Below are positions 1 to 8,419 of a stretch of DNA of 33,274 bases, one piece after another (within the stretch, counting starts at the first letter, position 1; every line of letters begins with the position of its first letter). This stretch comes from Nitrospirota bacterium (GTDB lineage: Bacteria; Nitrospirota; Nitrospiria; Nitrospirales; Nitrospiraceae). Position numbers and translations under genes: made by a program. The notes beneath the pieces were generated by a model. The model searched no databases. It was not told where the DNA came from and saw only the letters and a list, made by a program, of their open reading frames with translations. The stretch is from the NCBI GenBank assembly GCA_963703955.1, contig CAVPGK010000009.1, positions 1-33,274 on the forward strand, written 5' to 3'.

Positions 1-528
1 AACCCGGACAAACTGCTGTGGGTGAACGCCCAGCACATCCAGCGTGGCGAGCCGAAGCGCATAGCTGAACTGCTTCAGCCGTTTCTTGAGCAAGCCGCGG
101 TCGGGCTAGCCGCTAAAGCTGCCCAAGAGGGGTGGGGCGAGAAGCTTGTGCTGGCTCTGCGCGAGCGGGCGAGAACCTTGGCGGAGATGGCCACGGCCGC
201 CGTCCCCTACTTGGTCGACGAAGTGGAAGTCGAACGTGCGGCGGCGGATAAGTATCTGACCCCCGCAATCGCCTCGACGTTGACCAAGTTGGCCGATCGT
301 CTGGAGACCCTGCCGAGTTTCTCGAAAGATGCTGCTGAGAAGGTGTTCAAAGACTTGCTCGAAGAGGCAGGCTTGAGCATGGGACAACTGGCGCAGCCGG
401 TCCGGGTCGCACTCACTGGCCGCACGGCAAGTCCCGGCATCTTCGAGGTCATTGAGTTGCTTGGACAGCAGAAGACAGTCACCCGGCTGCGACGCGGGGT
501 AGCCATGGCCATCCAGCCCCATTCTTGA
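1..528 (+). CDS. gltX: Glutamate--tRNA ligase, C-terminal part (5'-truncated by window edge)
   Basis: Frame open from base 1 (NPDKLLWVNAQHI, the KLxWxN motif); anticodon-binding domain motif QPVRVALTGRTASPGIFEVIELLG; followed directly by tRNA-Gln and tRNA-Glu. Confidence 0.95.
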   Translation, partial: NPDKLLWVNAQHIQRGEPKRIAELLQPFLEQAAVGLAAKAAQEGWGEKLVLALRERARTLAEMATAAVPYLVDEVEVERAAADKYLTPAIASTLTKLADRLETLPSFSKDAAEKVFKDLLEEAGLSMGQLAQPVRVALTGRTASPGIFEVIELLGQQKTVTRLRRGVAMAIQPHS

Positions 529-553
529 CTCTCCGTCGGTGTTATATTACGCT
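525..553 (+). promoter_or_regulatory. Putative sigma70 promoter for the tRNAs
   Basis: TTGACT (525-530, overlapping gltX stop) - 17 nt - TACGCT (548-553), 10 nt before tRNA-Gln. Confidence 0.55.
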
Positions 554-563
554 GCAGTCCGGT

Positions 564-637
564 TGGGGGATCGTCTAGTGGTAGGACGTCGGACTCTGGA
601 TCTGACTACCTAGGTTCGAATCCTAGTCCCCCAGCCA
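564..637 (+). tRNA. tRNA-Gln (anticodon CTG)
   Basis: Acceptor stem TGGGGGA/TCCCCCA, anticodon arm TCGGA-CTCTGGA-TCTGA (CTG at 596-598), T-arm CTAGG-TTCGAAT-CCTAG, encoded 3' CCA. Confidence 0.97.
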
Positions 638-664
638 TGTAATCATCCGTTTGACTTTCTGCCC

Positions 665-695
665 AAAGAGCCACTCGCACGGGGTCGGCTCTTTT
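665..695 (+). terminator. Terminator-like hairpin between the two tRNAs
   Basis: AAAGAGCC (665-672) pairs with GGCTCTTT (687-694), ending in a short T run. Confidence 0.4.
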
Positions 696-722
696 ATCTC
701 TACTCCCGCTAGAAGACCGGCT

Positions 723-800
723 GGTCCCATCGTCTAGCCTGGCCTAGGACGGAGCCCTCTCAAGGCTCAAACACGGGTTCAAATCCCGTTGGGACCACCA
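723..800 (+). tRNA. tRNA-Glu (anticodon CTC)
   Basis: Acceptor stem GGTCCCA/TGGGACC, anticodon arm GAGCC-CTCTCAA-GGCTC (CTC at 759-761), T-arm ACGGG-TTCAAAT-CCCGT, encoded 3' CCA. Confidence 0.97.
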
Positions 801-1217
801 GCACTTCCCCTGATCTTCCGGTCAGTTCACGGTTTTCTTGATTCTCATCCGATGCTCGTCAGGCATGTAAGGAAACGTCAAAATGTCTGCTTCAGCGATT
901 CTTGAGGAAGCCGGTTGAATGGCATGCTCCATCTTACGAGGCACGCAGCCGATTGCCGGAATTCTGTCCCGACTTTGTGCCGCCAAATGTCAGGCAGGAT
1001 GACCTGTAGTCTCCGGTCATGGCCCTATCGATCTCCTTCCCTTCCACTTCATCGGAACCGCATGGACCTTCCGTCTCGGTTGGGTTCATGACGGGCGCCT
1101 CTGGCCACTGATGGCGCTGGTGGTCGTCGGTCGCGACGATGGGAACGAGCGCAGGATCCAGTCTTGCTTTTAGACTCACTACGACATAGCCTAGAGGCCG
1201 ACTTCGGAGGATCGACT

Positions 1218-2879
1218 ATGTCTGACCCTACCACTCCTCAGGCCAGCAAGGTCATCCGACACTTCAGGCAAATCCTGCTCTGGCCCCTGCAGCTCATGCC
1301 CATCCGTGAAGGCACGCCGATCCAGAAGCACTGGGAGCTGCTGGAGACGGTCGCGTCAGACAATCCCTGGCGGGAGGTGGCGGACGAGTTTACAGGCGAC
1401 CCGAACCTGTTTCAGGAACGCCATTACAGCGAGTTCGTGACGTTTCTGCCGTACGTGCAGCACTTCCTCTACGGTGAGGGAAAAGGCAACAGTCCCGACA
1501 TCGTTCAGGAGTCGCCCATCCGCGTCTTTCGCCGGAGCGATGTCGCCAAGGTGCGCATGACGTACCCCGACCCCCGCGCCGAGCCGGTGACCTTCGAGGT
1601 GGCGCATGTGGACCTGTATTTTTTCTATGATATCGATGTGGTCATCCTGATCGTGGAAGTCTACGCCGATGACCTCTCACTGCCCCGAGCGCAGGACACG
1701 CTCTTCCGTTTTGGACGGGGCTATCCCACGTATTGGGAGCCCGAGGGGCGAGGAGGTCACTGCCCGAAGTACGTGGAGTGGCTCGCCGCTGACGGCAAGG
1801 TGCTGGCCGTCTCAGATTACGAGAAACGCGAAAAATATCTGTCATTCGTGTGCCGGTACCGGGCACCGTGCATCGCGTCGCATTGGGAATGGCTGCTCGA
1901 GCCGCTGGTGCTCCACCATTCGGGGGAGAAAGGCCTCATCCGCTATCGGCAGATCGAATACCATCTCATGCCGGTGATGGCCTATCTCGGCATGGACGAT
2001 CCAGGGGCGTTGACCCGTGCGGAGTTCGTGCGGGTGGGGCTGGCCACGGCGCCGGGCACGTGCGAGTCGCTGCCTTACTCGGAGCCTCACTTGCGCGATT
2101 TCGAAGATCGCTATTGTTACGACCGCTACTGGAACGGACAGGACCGGGAGCGTCCGGGGACGCGCTTTATGTGTACCGGGCGCGTGTTTACGATGGTGGG
2201 CGACCGTCGCGAACGGGTCTTTATCGACCGCAAGACCGATCTCGAGCAGTTCCGGCACGAATACTTTCTGTTATTCCTGATCGCGCATTTTCATAAGGCA
2301 GCGCTGCTCATGCTCGCGAATCGCCTGGTCGATGCGATGAACCGGTTGGATATCGGCAACCCGGAGTCAGTGCGGCAGTTTCGGCGCGTCATTCGACAGA
2401 CGCTGGGCATCTTTCTTCGCTTCACCCATCGCTACTGGTTCCACGAGGTCTCGGACCATGTGCAGGCCAAGGAACTGTTCCGCATGATCAGTGCGCACCT
2501 GGGCACGGAGCGGCTGTACGCGGAGGTCAGATATGCCATCGAGGACATGAGCCAGTATCTCGACAGCGATGCCCTGCGCCGGCAGGGGGAGACGATGGTG
2601 CGTCTGACCGTGGTGACGACGTTCGGACTGATTGGAGTCGCGACGACCGGCTTTCTGGGCATGAACTTGTTCGCTATGGCAGCGAGCCCGCTGCCGACAA
2701 AGCTCCTCTACTTTTTTCTCGTCCTGATTCCCACCACCGCCGTGACCATCTATACGGTGGTGAAATCCCGGCGTCTGTCGGATTTTCTCGAGACGCTGGC
2801 CGACGAGCGTCGTTCGTGGCGGACCAAGCTCGCTACCTTCGCCGATGTCTGGAAGGCGACGCACGGACGGAACCGCTGA
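1218..2879 (+). CDS. CorA-like membrane protein with large soluble N-terminal domain (553 aa)
   Basis: ATG 1218 preceded by GGAGG; C-terminal TM1 VRLTVVTTFGLIGVATTGFLGMN with the CorA GMN signature, TM2 LLYFFLVLIPTTAVTIYTVV; much longer than housekeeping CorA and lacks the MPEL loop. Confidence 0.8.
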   Translation: MSDPTTPQASKVIRHFRQILLWPLQLMPIREGTPIQKHWELLETVASDNPWREVADEFTGDPNLFQERHYSEFVTFLPYVQHFLYGEGKGNSPDIVQESPIRVFRRSDVAKVRMTYPDPRAEPVTFEVAHVDLYFFYDIDVVILIVEVYADDLSLPRAQDTLFRFGRGYPTYWEPEGRGGHCPKYVEWLAADGKVLAVSDYEKREKYLSFVCRYRAPCIASHWEWLLEPLVLHHSGEKGLIRYRQIEYHLMPVMAYLGMDDPGALTRAEFVRVGLATAPGTCESLPYSEPHLRDFEDRYCYDRYWNGQDRERPGTRFMCTGRVFTMVGDRRERVFIDRKTDLEQFRHEYFLLFLIAHFHKAALLMLANRLVDAMNRLDIGNPESVRQFRRVIRQTLGIFLRFTHRYWFHEVSDHVQAKELFRMISAHLGTERLYAEVRYAIEDMSQYLDSDALRRQGETMVRLTVVTTFGLIGVATTGFLGMNLFAMAASPLPTKLLYFFLVLIPTTAVTIYTVVKSRRLSDFLETLADERRSWRTKLATFADVWKATHGRNR

Positions 2880-3458
2880 GCCGCCTTCACGAAGAAGGCA
2901 GAACCACATACGAAAGGGTCCTAACCATCCTCAGCGGTAGCTTTGTTCCCGTTTCCATAGCCGGTTGCACGGGGAGTAATCAACGGCTGAAGGAGGATGA
3001 CAAGATTCCCAGCGACATGCGATCGATCTCGAAGACGCCTTCGTTTCAAGACGATTGATTCTTAGTTCCGCCTTACCTGCAGCATGTCGGCCATACACCT
3101 CTAATTCATTGAACCCGCCGCGCCGCGCATCGCCCGAAATACGATCCACTCGAAGGCGAGAACTGGGTACAGAAATAACCCGCAGAAAACTCCGTTGAAT
3201 CGGTTAGCAAGGGGTTAGGTGTGGCATACTTGAGTGGACATCGCAGTGCGGGTTACATGGTAAGTAGTAACAACCAGACCTATTTTGCCACCTATCGCCT
3301 TACGCGCAATGCCTGTATCTTTCCCACGTCATGCGAGAGGCTCCGGTCTAACCTTCTCCCCAGTCCGGGGCACTCTGACGGTGGCCACGTTGCCGAGGGT
3401 TCCTTCAGATCAAGTCAACGAAGCGACTCACGTCACACTCGACGGAGGAGAAAGTGGA

Positions 3459-3521
3459 ATGAGGTACGTATACTATACTGTGCTCTACCTAATCGGGTGG
3501 ATCATGCGGGGCAGATCATGA
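3459..3521 (+). CDS. Putative 20-aa hydrophobic/Tyr-rich peptide (MRYVYYTVLYLIGWIMRGRS)
   Basis: GGAGGAG (3444-3450) 8 nt before the ATG; stop overlaps the next start (ATGA at 3518-3521). Confidence 0.35.
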   Translation: MRYVYYTVLYLIGWIMRGRS

Positions 3522-3664
3522 CCTCCCACAATGATACGTTGGCATCTCAGTTCTTATATTCAGACGTCCTCGCCCCCGCACGCGGAATTCTCATAGGCCT
3601 TCTCCTCGCCATCATGCTCTGGTCAGCGGTGCTCCTACCAATTGCCCTTTTCCTATTGGCTTAG
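3518..3664 (+). CDS. Putative 48-aa single-pass membrane protein
   Basis: MTSHNDTLASQFLYSDVLAPARGILIGLLLAIMLWSAVLLPIALFLLA; long C-terminal hydrophobic helix; ATGA coupling to the upstream peptide. Confidence 0.5.
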   Translation: MTSHNDTLASQFLYSDVLAPARGILIGLLLAIMLWSAVLLPIALFLLA

Positions 3665-4374
3665 CCTGGTACATATCCCTTCACCCTGATCACTTTCGGC
3701 GTCGTTTGTCCGGTCACTCCTGATACACCGATAGTGGGATCACGTATTACGCTCACCGCTCTGCGCCAAGGCCTCGATCTGAGCATAATTCACATCGATA
3801 GTGCGAAAATGTACGGGGCTGTCGAGGATTTGGTTGGCGAGGCGATCGTGCGGCGACCTGATGAGGTCTTTCTGGCATGCAAGGGTTCTTCAGCTTGAGC
3901 GGGAGGGGAAGATTCTCTTCTAGGGGGTAGTAACTTCGATGGTCAGACCTTGAAGAAGCCTGGGAGATTCACGGGAGAGCGGCGTTTCGTCTGGAATCAG
4001 GTTCTATACCATCTGGAGCCAAGGCCACCTTCCGGGGGGGGGAGATGGGTCGGCAGATACGCCTCTCAGGTTAGAGTTGCTGTGGGGCTGAAGAAGTTTC
4101 CGAGTAACTTACGCAGCTGCCGACCATCCAGAAGGTTGACCTTCTTGTGGCCAAGCACCTTGTGGAAATCCTGTTAAGGACATACTCTTGCTGAAGGGTT
4201 CTTGACGCGGTTGCCTCTTGGTACGCCATCCCCTCCACTCAACGCCCATTGGATGCCCGCATTCCTGTGACAAGTGCGCATTGACACGCCTGCGGCGCAG
4301 CGAGCGTGGCACAGCCGATCACCGCGAAGAGCCGGGCGTCCCCAATGACGGAGTGGAAATCCACCACAGCGGAT

Positions 4375-4407
4375 GCCGTCGCCCGACTGGGAAAGCGAAG
4401 CGACGGC
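4375..4407 (-). terminator. Hairpin just downstream of the small Zn-ribbon gene
   Basis: GCCGTCGC (4375-4382) / GCGACGGC (4400-4407) perfect 8-bp inverted repeat 10 nt after the stop at 4418; no T tract. Confidence 0.3.
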
Positions 4408-4417
4408 TGGTCGGGCC

Positions 4418-4618
4418 TCAGGCGAGAAGTCTATCGTCCTCGTTCCGACCAGCCGTCTTGTGCTTTTGGGAATAACGTGAGATTCGATTGCGCAAGATGA
4501 CCGGATCGAGTATATCGCCACAACTGGGGCATCGCCAGGCCACCACCTTGGCAAAGGTGCCTCCATAGTCGCGCAGGGTTTCAGTGACCATAATTCCATG
4601 ACAACGTGTACATTCCAT
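4418..4618 (-). CDS. Small Zn-ribbon protein (CxxC...CxxC), 66 aa
   Basis: MECTRCHGIMV...WRCPSCGDILDPVILRNR; GAGGAGG RBS 5 nt upstream of ATG 4618; resembles a small multi-copy family I recall from Nitrospira genomes. Confidence 0.75.
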   Translation of the reverse strand: MECTRCHGIMVTETLRDYGGTFAKVVAWRCPSCGDILDPVILRNRISRYSQKHKTAGRNEDDRLLA

Positions 4619-4966
4619 CATCGCCTCCTCGCGCTCATCACGTGTGGTGAGGTCAGTGGAAGCCGGGTTCCTTACGGGGGAGCCCTCACACCCAGCCTGT
4701 CCATCTACATGAGGCGTGCCATGTGAAAGGACTGAAAAAATCAAGGTGATCTTGTCCGCATTGATGCCCTGAGACGGGGGTTGTTGCCTCGGTAACGTTT
4801 CACACCGTCTCAGGACCTGGCTCGGCAGGGAGGCCCCGATTAGCCTTCTGGTCTGGAATGAGGTATCCTTTATTTCAGTACAAAAATGTGCCTAGGTAGA
4901 ACAGCCATTATCAGCGGGGCTCAGTCGATGGAGGAACAAACCAGTCGGCGTAACCAGGAGGGAAGA

Positions 4967-5461
4967 ATGTCTCGATCATTGTGCCACGAAAGGGGGTTTA
5001 CCCTTATTGAGTTGATGATCGTGGTGGCGATCATCGGAATCTTGGCGGCCATCGCCATCCCAAACTACCTTCGCTATCAGGCAACATCCCGACAGGCTGA
5101 GGCAAAGACCAATTTGTCAGGAATTTACCTCTCAGAAACAGCTTCTTTCGCTCACAGAGGCACCTATGACTCATTTGCAAACGTTGGGTTCGTGTTGTCG
5201 GGGGGATCGAACCGGTACACTTATCGTTCAGGGGCACCTGGGGACCAGATTAATGGTGTCGGCGGGGCAACCGGTGAGAATGCGGCGTGTTTGCCGGCCG
5301 CCATGGGACCCGCACTTCCTCCCGGCGCGGTGGCGACAGCCTTTACTGCAACGGCCGTGGCAAATCTTGACAGCGATGCAACCATCGACCATTGGACTAT
5401 TAACGATATTAAGGGCGGCATGCCTGTTCAGGGCAATGGCTGCAATGACGTGGCAGGGTGA
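4967..5461 (+). CDS. Type IV pilin (PilA-like), 164 aa prepilin
   Basis: Class III signal [27 protein letters not shown] with Glu at +5; RBS CAGGAG; C-terminal [20 protein letters not shown] strand pattern and a Cys pair. Confidence 0.93.
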   Translation: MSRSLCHERGFTLIELMIVVAIIGILAAIAIPNYLRYQATSRQAEAKTNLSGIYLSETASFAHRGTYDSFANVGFVLSGGSNRYTYRSGAPGDQINGVGGATGENAACLPAAMGPALPPGAVATAFTATAVANLDSDATIDHWTINDIKGGMPVQGNGCNDVAG

Positions 5462-5825
5462 TGAGATACTGGCGTTGATAGAAAGTTTCAAGACTCGTAC
5501 CTCGCTGGGCCCGGGGCCTGCTTTTCCGTGAGGAATGAGCAAATTTTGCCCTCCTGATCTTCCCGTCACCATCCTTGACATTCCTATAATACGGTGGCGG
5601 ACCGATCCTGCCACTTCGACAACGCTCACCCATTAACTGTGTCAATCAAAATGACTCTTCCTGTCGCTGTGTGAACGCTCCTCTCTAATCGTGTCGAGCT
5701 TGATCGTTATCGAAGGAGCAACGGCTGAGGCAGACTTCTCACCACGGTTTGATTGACGCCTGTGGGCGCGTTATGCAATAAGTAGCACAGTCTTGGTGAG
5801 GGAAGATTTGTCAGGAGCGATGGTT

Positions 5826-6932
5826 ATGCAGGGACGCGAATTTCACGATGGAGCCCAAGATGGACTTGAAGCATTAGAGCCGCTTGATCCTGAAAAGATT
5901 CGGTCCTTTTCTGACCTGCTAGTGGCGATGCGGAAGACGGCTTTCGGTGGCCGACGGCTGGGCGAGGCGTTCGACGTGTTGACCGCCATGATTGAAGATT
6001 CTGATTGTCTTGTTGTGTTGACACTCTCTGGAGCGATGACGATCGCCAAGATGGGGAAAATTATCAGTACCATGATCGATCATGGTATGGTGCAAGCCAT
6101 CGTCTCAACCGGCGCTCTGATTGCGCATGGATTGAGTGAATCAGTCGGCAAGGTTCATTATCGGCACGATCCTTCCATGCGTGATGAGGAGCTGTTCCGC
6201 AAAGGTTACAACCGCGTGTACGATACCTTGGAGATGGAGGCCAATCTCAATTACGTCGAGCACGTGGTCTCCAGGACGCTCAAGCGCATTCATGCGGGTC
6301 AACCCTTCTCATCCGAAATCCTGACTCGGGAACTGGGGCGTACTCTGGTCGACGAGCACGATGGAAGCGGCATTCTGAAGAGCGCCTATCTCAAGAATGT
6401 ACCGGTCTATATCCCGGCCTTTACCGATTCCGAAATGGGACTTGATGTTGCCACTTGGGCGATGGGTCAGCAGATCGATCGCGCACGGAGTGGAAAGCAA
6501 ACGCTGGACAGCGATCTCGGGATCCTGCGCACCCTCCATCATACCCAGCCTCTCTTCAATCCCTACTTGGACTTGAATAGCTATACGGACCGCGTCTTAC
6601 CGTCCAAGCGGCTGGGGATTTTCACGATCGGGGGAGGAGTACCTAGAAATTGGGCTCAGCAGGTGGCGCCGTATGTGGAGATCGGAAATGTCAGGCTCGG
6701 ACTAAGTGTCAAGCCCCCGCGGTTCCAGTATGGGGTTCGGATTTGTCCTGAACCTGATTATTGGGGCGGTCTCAGTGGGTGCACCTATACCGAAGGAATT
6801 TCTTGGGGCAAGTTTGTTCCTCCAGAAGAAGGTGGCCGCTTTGCCGAAGTGCTGAGTGATGCGACGGTAGTCTGGCCGCTGCTTATGATGGGGCTGCTGG
6901 AACGGATAAAACCAAAGGGCAAAGCTTCGTAG
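5826..6932 (+). CDS. Deoxyhypusine synthase-like protein (probable homospermidine/aminobutyl-polyamine synthase)
   Basis: Motifs TAFGGRRLGEA, LTLSGAM, GYNRVYD, PAFTDSEMG, IGGGVPRNW, GGLSGCTYTEGISWGK (catalytic Lys); start 5826 chosen from AGGAG spacing (5820 possible). Confidence 0.92.
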   Translation: MQGREFHDGAQDGLEALEPLDPEKIRSFSDLLVAMRKTAFGGRRLGEAFDVLTAMIEDSDCLVVLTLSGAMTIAKMGKIISTMIDHGMVQAIVSTGALIAHGLSESVGKVHYRHDPSMRDEELFRKGYNRVYDTLEMEANLNYVEHVVSRTLKRIHAGQPFSSEILTRELGRTLVDEHDGSGILKSAYLKNVPVYIPAFTDSEMGLDVATWAMGQQIDRARSGKQTLDSDLGILRTLHHTQPLFNPYLDLNSYTDRVLPSKRLGIFTIGGGVPRNWAQQVAPYVEIGNVRLGLSVKPPRFQYGVRICPEPDYWGGLSGCTYTEGISWGKFVPPEEGGRFAEVLSDATVVWPLLMMGLLERIKPKGKAS

Positions 6933-6973
6933 CGCACCGCGTAGCCTCGCCTGGTTGATCCAGGGATTGGAAG

Positions 6974-7348
6974 ATGATCTCGACGCCACGGACTCGAAAA
7001 TCTCAGTATCATACGGATCGTGACCTCCTGGAACGGGAGGTGGTGGTTGAACGGTTCAGATCCGGTGGACCAGGGGGGCAGCATCGGAATGTGACGGATT
7101 CCGCGGTCCGGTTACTGCACGTGCCATCGGGTGTCCGAGTAACGGCAGCTGATTCCCGGTCGCAGCATCGGAATCGCGAAACGGCCTTTGCCCGCCTCAT
7201 CGAGCATCTGCACCGGCTAAATCAGGTGCGTAAGCCGCGCGTTCGGACACGTGTATCCGGTCAGTCCATCGAGCGTCGGCTGAGAGAAAAGAAGCGACGA
7301 CAGAAGACTAAGGAGCACCGCGCACGCACCGTCAATCGAGATGAGTGA
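6974..7348 (+). CDS. Stand-alone GGQ peptidyl-tRNA hydrolase / release-factor-like ribosome rescue protein (ArfB-like)
   Basis: RSGGPGGQHRNVTDSAVRLLHVPSG, RSQHRNRETA, strongly basic C-terminal tail RRLREKKRRQKTKEHR. Confidence 0.9.
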   Translation: MISTPRTRKSQYHTDRDLLEREVVVERFRSGGPGGQHRNVTDSAVRLLHVPSGVRVTAADSRSQHRNRETAFARLIEHLHRLNQVRKPRVRTRVSGQSIERRLREKKRRQKTKEHRARTVNRDE

Positions 7349-8081
7349 ACAGGTCACAGGAGCCGGATGTCAGGCACGCCGGACTTCAGTAGCCGGAACT
7401 GACCCTACGCCGTCGCGTTCGGAAGGATGGAAGCACTCTTGTGTCCGGACGGGAATCGTCGTCCTCATCGTTGGCTGTCTGATGGTCCTGACTCTCCTAC
7501 CTGAGAGAGTGGGCGGTCAGGAATCCCTCCCCGGGTTCGCAGTGGATGTTCGGACGAGAGGGAATCCCAAAGCCCCCGTGACCCTGATCGAATATTCCGA
7601 TTTCACCTGCGGGTATTGTAAGAAGTTTTTCTTGGAAACCTGGCCACAGATACACACGAAATACGTCGAGACAGGGAAACTCCGCTTTCTGTATCGAGAC
7701 TATCCGCGGGCCTCGCAAGGACCGGGCTTCGATGCGGCGATCGCGGCCCGGTGCGCGGGGGACCAGGGTCGCTATTGGCCGATGCATGATCGGCTCTTTG
7801 GGGGGAGGTTGGATCAGGCGCAATTTCAACGTCATGCCAAGACCATCGGGTTGGATCTTATCGTCTTCACCAAGTGTTTACGGGAGGCTCCACACACCGA
7901 CGACATCTTCCGCGACAAGGATGAAGGCATAGATCTGGGCTTTCGCGGAACGCCAGGCTTTCTCTTGTTGAGGACGGAAGGGACGGCAAAGGAACCGGCA
8001 GTCGCCATTCCCGGCGCATTCCCATTTGAAGTATTTGATGAGCAGATTGATCGTCTGCTGAAGCTCGCGGCGCGTAAGTAA
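7341..8081 (+). CDS. DsbA-family thioredoxin-fold protein
   Basis: GNPKAPVTLIEYSDFTCGYC active site, GTPGF cis-Pro loop, N-terminal hydrophobic anchor; start uncertain. Confidence 0.9.
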   Translation: MSEQVTGAGCQARRTSVAGTDPTPSRSEGWKHSCVRTGIVVLIVGCLMVLTLLPERVGGQESLPGFAVDVRTRGNPKAPVTLIEYSDFTCGYCKKFFLETWPQIHTKYVETGKLRFLYRDYPRASQGPGFDAAIAARCAGDQGRYWPMHDRLFGGRLDQAQFQRHAKTIGLDLIVFTKCLREAPHTDDIFRDKDEGIDLGFRGTPGFLLLRTEGTAKEPAVAIPGAFPFEVFDEQIDRLLKLAARK

Positions 8082-8125
8082 TCGTCGCACACCCTCAGTC
8101 ACCACCTATGTCCAGAAGGGAAATC

Positions 8126-8407
8126 ATGGAACAGCAACAAACATTTTGGCGAGTCGACTGTGAAGAGGGAGAACCGGAGTTTTTGGTCTGTATGTCCTGC
8201 CTGAATGAGGTGTTCCTGCGCAAGGTGCCGATGCCGGACTGCCCGACCTGCCATGGCGTCTCGACCTACGAGACGTTCAGCTTGGAGTCGATCCGGGATT
8301 GGGGCACGGAAGAACTAATTGCCAAGGCCGAGCTCGCAAAGACTACCGACGAGCAGCCGGTGAGAGAACCGCAACGCACTCCCGAATCTGAAGCGAATGA
8401 GATCTAA
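8126..8407 (+). CDS. Hypothetical Zn-ribbon/rubredoxin-like protein
   Basis: CMSC...CPTC pairs, acidic; in-operon position; alternative start at 8108. Confidence 0.75.
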   Translation: MEQQQTFWRVDCEEGEPEFLVCMSCLNEVFLRKVPMPDCPTCHGVSTYETFSLESIRDWGTEELIAKAELAKTTDEQPVREPQRTPESEANEI

Positions 8408-8419
8408 CGGAGAACATCC

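Noticed and set aside
934..1234. Minus-strand ORFs 934..1179 and 1049..1234
   Set aside because: No recognisable motifs or protein-like composition; they overlap the CorA-like leader
3221..3517. N-terminal extension of ORF 3221..3664
   Set aside because: Sequence before the ATG at 3518 looks non-coding; RBS and ATGA overlap favour two short ORFs instead
775..5500. Integrative element or prophage inserted at tRNA-Glu
   Set aside because: I found no integrase and no duplicated tRNA 3' end (att site) by eye; only the accessory-like gene content is suggestive
5575..5590. Perfect TTGACA and TATAAT hexamers
   Set aside because: They are only 4 nt apart, and neither has a matching partner at 16-18 nt spacing, so this is not a canonical sigma70 promoter
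5826..6932. True eIF5A-type deoxyhypusine synthase
   Set aside because: Bacterial context with no eIF5A or EF-P gene in the window; neighbouring polyamine genes favour small-molecule polyamine synthesis
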